Shown here: in pieces, positions 49,175-56,600 of the stretch | Layout of the letters: each line of letters opens with the position of its first letter | Position numbering within the stretch: the first letter of the stretch is position 1 | NCBI GenBank assembly: GCA_945878405.1 | Contig: CAMCTJ010000007.1 | Span: 74,779 to 138,778 of the forward strand | Length of the DNA stretch: 64,000 nt | Reading direction: 5' to 3' | Origin: Bdellovibrio sp. ZAP7 | GTDB lineage: Bacteria > Bdellovibrionota > FAC87 > UBA2466 | Program-made: the position numbers and the translations under genes | The notes under the pieces: model-generated | The model's input: only the letters and a program-made list of their open reading frames with translations | Databases searched by the model: none | Told to the model about the DNA's origin: nothing

Positions 49175-50310
49175 ACCATCTTCCCCTTGGTTTGGAGTGA
49201 AGACTTTAAGAGCTCAAACAGCCGATTTCCCAATTGCCCCCATTCGTAACTAGCAAGTTCTTTGGAGTCGGGGTGGCTCCATTTATCTTGGTCCATTAAT
49301 CGATTTCTAAAAAGCTCGAGCGGGGCGATATGAAGTCCCTTTAGATTCTGGTTAAATCCCCGAACTCCAAAGGGAGTAGTGAGAACAGCGAGCCCATTTC
49401 CCAAACATTCTATGAGCTTTACATTACTTCCGGAACCCGAACAAACGGGGTTCAGCGCCACGTCACTTTCCTTAAAAAACGGGAATAAATGATTCTGAAC
49501 ACCGCAGGAAATGATGTTTTCCGGAAGAGACTCTGATAATTGAACATTTCCAACAACGAGTAATGACCATCGATGTTTTATTTCTGGATGAACAAAAAGA
49601 TGGGCGAGGGCTTGCAACCCCCTTTGATTGTGAATTGAGTCGCTAGCAACATACAACGCAATACGGTGGTTTTCAGCAATGCCCCATGCTTTTTTAAACT
49701 TTGGGGTGCTCTCTCTCGAATTGAGATGTTCTGTTGAGGTGTTGTGAAATCCATTGGGGAGGCTCTGTATCAATTTTCCGGGCCTTAGTTTTTCAAAAAT
49801 AAGTTTATCTTCTTCTGAAACACAAACGACTAAATCTGCTTCTTTAATTGCTCTTTGTTCATTTCTTTTTAAAAGTGCAACTGCCCGAGGTGAAAAACCG
49901 TCGTGATACATGGCTTCGTGGTTATGTGCTGAGAGCACTTTGACTTTACCTGTGACACGCTTTGCAATTTGCCAGAGAAAGGGAGACTCAGAAATGACGA
50001 TATCAAAAGTTTCTTTTAAAGGGCGTGGAAGCGGCAGAAAAGTATTGAGACTGCTGGTAAGTGAATAAGAGGGGAAACCCAAACGTGAACTCAGGCCATC
50101 TAACCATTGTATTTGATTTTGTGACTCATAATGGCTACAGCGAGGAACAAGCTCTTGGGATTCAAGAGGTGAGAGCCTGGGTGAGATAAAAGACCAAACG
50201 GTGACTTGAGCCCCCTGATGGGCCAATTGCTCTGCCAAACTACGAATTCGGGTCACCGCTCCATTGAAATTATTGATAAGACGATGGTGAGTGAGAACCA
50301 GAACCTTCAT
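49171..50310 (-). CDS. Glycosyltransferase family 1 (GT4-type)
   Basis: 379 aa. 'MKVLVLTHHRLINNFNGAVTRIRSLAEQL' and C-terminal GT-B donor region. Confidence 0.65.
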   Translation of the reverse strand: MKVLVLTHHRLINNFNGAVTRIRSLAEQLAHQGAQVTVWSFISPRLSPLESQELVPRCSHYESQNQIQWLDGLSSRLGFPSYSLTSSLNTFLPLPRPLKETFDIVISESPFLWQIAKRVTGKVKVLSAHNHEAMYHDGFSPRAVALLKRNEQRAIKEADLVVCVSEEDKLIFEKLRPGKLIQSLPNGFHNTSTEHLNSRESTPKFKKAWGIAENHRIALYVASDSIHNQRGLQALAHLFVHPEIKHRWSLLVVGNVQLSESLPENIISCGVQNHLFPFFKESDVALNPVCSGSGSNVKLIECLGNGLAVLTTPFGVRGFNQNLKGLHIAPLELFRNRLMDQDKWSHPDSKELASYEWGQLGNRLFELLKSSLQTKGKMV

Positions 50311-50421
50311 GAAAGCCTATTTCAAGTCGTAAAACATAAAAAGTAAAGTTTGATATATTGGATGCCCATCACCCATGATCTCAGATTAAAAAAGTGAGCG
50401 GTCTTGGTTAGCCCCAATCAA

Positions 50422-50441
50422 TTGTGAAGATATCTTCACAA
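50422..50441. repeat. 20-bp palindrome TTGTGAAGatatCTTCACAA (copy 3), in the divergent intergenic region about 180 nt upstream of the giant ORF
   Basis: Same 8-bp arms as copies 1 and 2. Sits between the GT cluster start (50310, minus strand) and the giant gene start (50621, plus strand). Confidence 0.7.
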
Positions 50442-50620
50442 TTTCTCCACAATGTTCAAGCTGAGCCCCCAATAATTGCGTCAAGTTAAAATGATACCCT
50501 GAAAGGTAAGGCGGAACGTATGTGTATTTGGAAACCACATTTAGCTTCGATGAGGAATCTTGCGCCACGCGTAAACATCAAGAGTAAAAGGAAAAAAACC
50601 GAAAAGGAGCGTGAAACCAA

Positions 50621-53600
50621 GTGAAACGCTTCCTTCCATTTCATGCTGTCCTTTTATTCTTCGCGGTTTGCTTTGCTTCTTTTGCAGAAGAAAAAGGTCG
50701 GCTGAGTGCGAGTGATTTGGCGCCTGGTGCATCGGATGGTTTCGTCTTTAGTAATTCCGCAACTCCAGATACTCAGTGCGATGAGGGCAGTGGGGGTGAC
50801 TGCTGCGATGGAACTCTTCAAGAAACGTTTGCCGGGGTAACGAAATTCACAACAAGTTACTGCAAAGGCCGATATGCCGGAAAAGCAAGCTCCACTCGTT
50901 ACGGAATTCGGTTTGATACGTTTCACGCTTTTCGAAGTATCCTCAACGAAAATCAGTTAGTACTTGTGAATTCGAATGCTGGATGCACGAGCGGCGACTG
51001 CTGCCCCACCGGCGGAAGTAAGACCTATAACTGGCTCCTAGTAAGAGCGAGACCTTTTGATAATTACAGCTCGCCGATGGATATGTCGCTGGATACGACT
51101 TACGTTGGGGGAACCATCACCTATGACCATTCGCAAACTGTAAAGTGGTCCGGATCTTCAAAATTTAGTTTAAATGCCCTAGATGCTGAAACGAAGACTA
51201 ACTCCTCTGCTTATGGAGCCCGGCTTTTTGGAACTTCTACCTGCAGCGCGGGAGAATTTAAAGCAAGCGCAGTCACAGATTTTACTGCCGCCAATAGGCC
51301 TCTTGGAAATTATGGGTACTGGCTCTTTGGTAAGAACGTAGCTTTCTACCGACAGGTAAGTGCAGATCCTGTCATTGCCGTTGCTTTTCCAAGGCCAGCG
51401 CAGAGTCTGAGTTCTTCTGGAGTAATGGCTAGTAAGAACAAACAAGTTTTTACTGGAAATTATACCGGCTTCACGACGAGGGGAGTTCAGGTTCAAAGAA
51501 ATGTCATGCTGATTCCTGATGTCGCGGGAACAACTTTTACGATTTCGGAAGTAGCAGATCCCTCCAATCCCTTCTCAGTCAGCACTCTGGGGACTTTAGC
51601 TTGCACGAATTTAGATGAGCCGAGCCAAGGTTTCTGCCGAGGCACCCTGACCCTGACTGCAGTTCCTGGATTTTCAGGAAAAGCCACTTGCATGATGGCT
51701 TACGATATCGGTAATCGGGATCTTGTTTTTTGTAGCGCGCAGAATCCCTCCGCTGATAGCAATCACCAACGAGCGCTCGTCACCATTGCGGCAGTTTCAT
51801 CGCACAAGAGCGTTCTTGCGATGACTGCGTCGCCAGTACACTTAGATGCCAATACCTCCAGTGGGCAAATGTGTGCAACCGTGGAAAATATGACGTCGCG
51901 AGCAGTCGACACATTAACGCTTACTGGAAACTTAAGTGGTGACTTCTCGGCGGTTTCTCTCTCAGGTTCTGTCACAGCGCCGTTCAGTGGCCTTACTGGT
52001 TCAGTGTCAGCTTGTGGCACTTCTTTGCCAGCTTTTTCAAAATGTAAATTGTGTTCGAATGTTACTTTAACGACTCAAAAAGTAAGTGCCCACGCTTTAA
52101 CCCTGACTTTTGGAGATACACCGAGTTCGACAAAAAGCATGTCAGACACAGCGGTTGCGACTCGTGGGGTTTCGAACCTTCAATATGAAGTGGGGAAAGT
52201 AACCCAGAACAAGACTCCCTCGGTTAAAGCCGTCTTTGCCAATGGCACTACCCAAAACATTGATGCAATTAAGGAAAAGCTACAGTGTTCAGGAGTTTGT
52301 ACTTCAGCCACTGGAACCCGATCGCTTGCCTATACCTTGGAAGGCCTTGAGAGCGCTCCCGCAGTGGGCGATGTGCTCGTAAGCACTGAAGAAGAGCTTT
52401 GTTACAACGAAGAAGACGACGACAACGACGGAACCACCGACTGCCAAGATAACGACTGCGATTCCGAAAGAGCAGATATCAGTCACACCGATATTCTATG
52501 TAATTATAATAGCGAGCGAGATTGTGCAGACTCTTTTGATAATGATCGAGATGGGAATACCGATTGTGATGATGGAGATTGTGCCCTTGCATGTAATGTT
52601 TGGGAAACCGCTTGTAACAATAGTCTCGACGATGATTCTGACGGAAACACAGATTGTGCCGATTCAGATTGCAACGGACAAGTAAATGCTGACTTTAGAT
52701 ACTGTGGTCTCGAGACTCACTCCTATGGTGGGTGTGTGCTCGATGGAGTTGACGATGACAGCGACGGTTATACCGATTGCGCCGATCCGGATTGTTACGG
52801 CGGTTATGTTGGTTGGGGACCCTATGGAGGAACTTGTGACTCTGGAACTGAAACTAATTGCAGCGATGGATACGATTTCGACGGCGATGGTTTAACTGAC
52901 GCCAATGATCCAGATTGTGTGGTCTGCCTTGATTCTGACGGCGATACGTTTGGTGACGGTTGCTCTGCTGGCTCCGATTGCGATGATAACTTCAGCGACG
53001 CTTCCAACAATTGCTCCGACAACGTGGTTTTAGATTTGCGTTTCGATACAGATACGAGCGATTCCTCGAACTATCATCACGCGGTTGGAGCTAATGGAAG
53101 CCCCGCTATTTCCACGAGCAACGCGAAGTTTGGTGGAGGGAGTGCAAACTTTAATGGTAACGGCGACAGAATCGATATTTCCTCAAGCACAGATTTTGAT
53201 CTGGAAGACGGGGACTACACTATTGAGTTCTGGACTTTTGTACGAAGCGTAGCAGGGTCAGATGCTGCTAGATTGTTTACTTTAGAAAATAACGATGAGG
53301 CGTGGGGAATAATTCTTGCCAACGATGGTAGCAACAGTCTTTACGTGAATCATTATGGAATTGGTGAGGGTTTTGAAGTCAGTGGCGCACTCAACGGGAA
53401 ATTGAACCAGTGGGTGCATCTGGCCTTGGTGAAGAACGGCACAACTAGAACTCTTTATATTGATGGGGTAGCTGGAGGCTCGACCAACTCAAGAGTGTTG
53501 CCGGCTAATGCTGCGCAATTATCAATTGGTGGCAGTACCATTTGGTATCCTTATACACAGTTTGACGGTCTTATCGACGAACTGAAAATCACCAAAGGCT

Positions 53601-56600
53601 ATGCACGCTACACCACAAACTTCACACCTCCCACTTGCGCATCGATGAGCGAATCCGATGCCGATAGCGATGGTATCTGTAATAGCGCGGATACTGAAAG
53701 CTGCAGTGATTCGATTGATAACAACGGTAATGGCCAGACGGATGAAGAATGTTCTTCTTGCAACAGTAGCGATTCCTCCTCGGCAATTTGTAACCAAACT
53801 GGCACTTGCTGGAATCAAAGCGGTTGTCAGTGTGGAGTCTATGATTCAGTTAGCTACGGGCAATCCTGTACGATGGGCGGTGGCGGATCAACCGAAAACT
53901 GTTCTGATTCATTAGATAATGATTCCGATGCTTCAACCGATTGCCAAGATGCGGATTGTGATGGGGTGTCAGGCGGTAGCGGTATCTGTCACAACAATTC
54001 TGAAACTTGTAGTGATAGCTTTGATAATAATGGCAATGGCCAGACAGATGAAAATTGTTATCCCTGCATGGACAACGACGGCGATGGATATGGTTATTAT
54101 TGTGCGATCGGTGAAGATTGCGACGATTGGGCTAATTGGATAAACCCCGGTGCTTCAGAAATCTGGAATGGGTACGATGACAACTGTAACGGCCAGGCCG
54201 ATGAAGGACTTGGCAATCCCTTTGACTGGGACGGAGATGGGTGGCTATCTTACATGGGAGATTGGTTTGATTGCAATGATGCCGATGGGTCCATAAACCC
54301 CGGTGCTTCCGAAACCTGCAGCGACTCAGTCGACAACAACTGCGATGGCCAGACAGATGAAAATTGTTATCCCTGCATGGACTACGACGGTGACGGGTAT
54401 GGTTACTACTGTGTTCCCGGCGAAGATTGTCAGTGGAATATGGGAGAGGGGAATTCCGCTATTCACCCCGGAGCTGCAGATGACCAAAGCGATGGTACCG
54501 ACAATGATTGCGACGGTCAGATCGATGAAGATTATACAGTTCCGTGCACAGATTCGGACACTGATGGCGTGTGCAGTGGATCTGACTGTGACGACAGCAA
54601 CGCAATCTTCAGCACAGATTGCAGCAGCAACGTGGTTTTAGATTTGCATTTTAATAGCGACTTCAGTGATTCTTCGGGTCACAATCACAATGGGACTCCA
54701 AATGGAAATGCGGAAATCAGCTCTGATGTTGCCAAGTTCGGGGGAGGCAGTGCGCATTTTGATGGAAGTTCTTGGTTAACAGTAACGGCGTCTTCAGCTC
54801 TCGCTGTGGGAACGGGTGATTTTACCTTGGAAGCCTGGGCTTATCCGACACAAGTTAATGACTTTAGCGATTTGGCTGCCGTACTAGATACACGGCCCTA
54901 TGGCGCGGGAACTGGCTTACTGATTTGGTTGGATTCTGCTTCTGGAAAATGGGTAGGGTATACCTCTACAAACGGAAATGAGGATCAACTTGTTATTAGT
55001 TCCCCTACAACAGCAACCCTCAATGCGTGGACTCATTTAGCATTGGTGCGTTCCGGAACAAGTCTTAGGTTCTTTGTAAATGGAGAACTTGCCGGAACCG
55101 AAACTTTAAATGCTAACTGGAATTTTACTCAGGACACTACGGCACCGGGTTTTGTGGGAACTGCAGCCGATGCCCCTGGATACTTCCGCAACTTCTATGG
55201 CTATATCGATTCAGTAAAAATCACCAAAGGCGCAGCGCTCTACACAACCACCTTCACGCCCGCTACTTGCGCATCGATGAGCGAATCTGATGTCGATAGC
55301 GATGGCATCTGTGATAGCGCGGATACTGAAAGCTGCAGTGATTCAATTGATAACGATGGCGATAGTCAGACAGATGAAGAATGTTCTTCTTGCAACAGTA
55401 GCGATTCCTCCTCGGCAATTTGTAACCAAACTGGCACTTGCTGGAATCAAAGCGGTTGTCAGTGTGGAGTCTTTGATTCAGTTAGCTACGGGCAATCCTG
55501 TACGATGGGCGGTGGCGGATCAACCGAAAACTGTTCTGATTCAGTAGATAATGATTCCGATGCTTCAACCGATTGCCAAGATGCGGATTGTGATGGGGTG
55601 TCAGGCGGTAGCGGTATCTGTCACTACAGTTCAGAAACGTGCAGTGATAGCTTTGATAATAATGGCAATGGTCAAACAGATGAGAACTGCAATTCTGACG
55701 TAAGCGGCGGCGATCCGTACTTTGATGATGTGAGAGTGCTTGTTCATGCGGACGAAAACATTACGAATCATGCAAACGGGGGAACGCCCACAGTAACTTT
55801 CGTTGGCGGAGCGAATTACTCGACCTCCGACAAGAAGTTTGGATCAGCTTCCGCGCAGTTCTCACCGCAGATAACCCAGTACTGCGATGGGTGGTGGGGT
55901 TGTTATGACCAGTTAGTAGTTCCCAATTATTTAAAGATAAACGACACCTCAAGAACGATTCCTGCGAATTACACTGCTGAGTTCTGGGTAAAACCCGATT
56001 CCGATTGGAGTGGCGCAGTCTCAAGAAGATTATATCAACGAGGCGTTAGCGATATGGGGATGTATGGTATCGATGTTTATTACAATAACAATCGAATCTA
56101 TTTTAGTTTTTACAATAGCAATTATTACTATGATGGGTCTGGTGAGGGGGGGTGCGATCAATCGGGTAGCACTTATGGAGATGTTGGTACTTTGAGTGCG
56201 AACACTTGGTACCACGTAGCGATTGTGAGAGAGGGTAGTGCGATCAGAATTTATTTCAACGGAAACCGAATTGGGACGGGCACACTAAGCGCTAATTCCT
56301 ACACGTATTGGGGCACAATTCCCTCATGTACTGCCACAGAAGCTATCACACTTAGCGATTGGGGAAATGTAAACGAAGGTTTCGGAGTATCTTTTGACTA
56401 CGGTGACAATATTTACGATAACGTCACCGCTAAGTTTGACGAAATCCGAATCAGCAACAGAGCTCGTTACTCAGATACAAGCTTTACTCTTCCCACTTCG
56501 CCGTATCCCAATACCAAGCAAGCGGTAGCTCCCGAAATCAGTATTTCGCCCTCGAGCTACACGTTAACAGCTGGCACAGCGATGACAGCGATTGTTCCAA

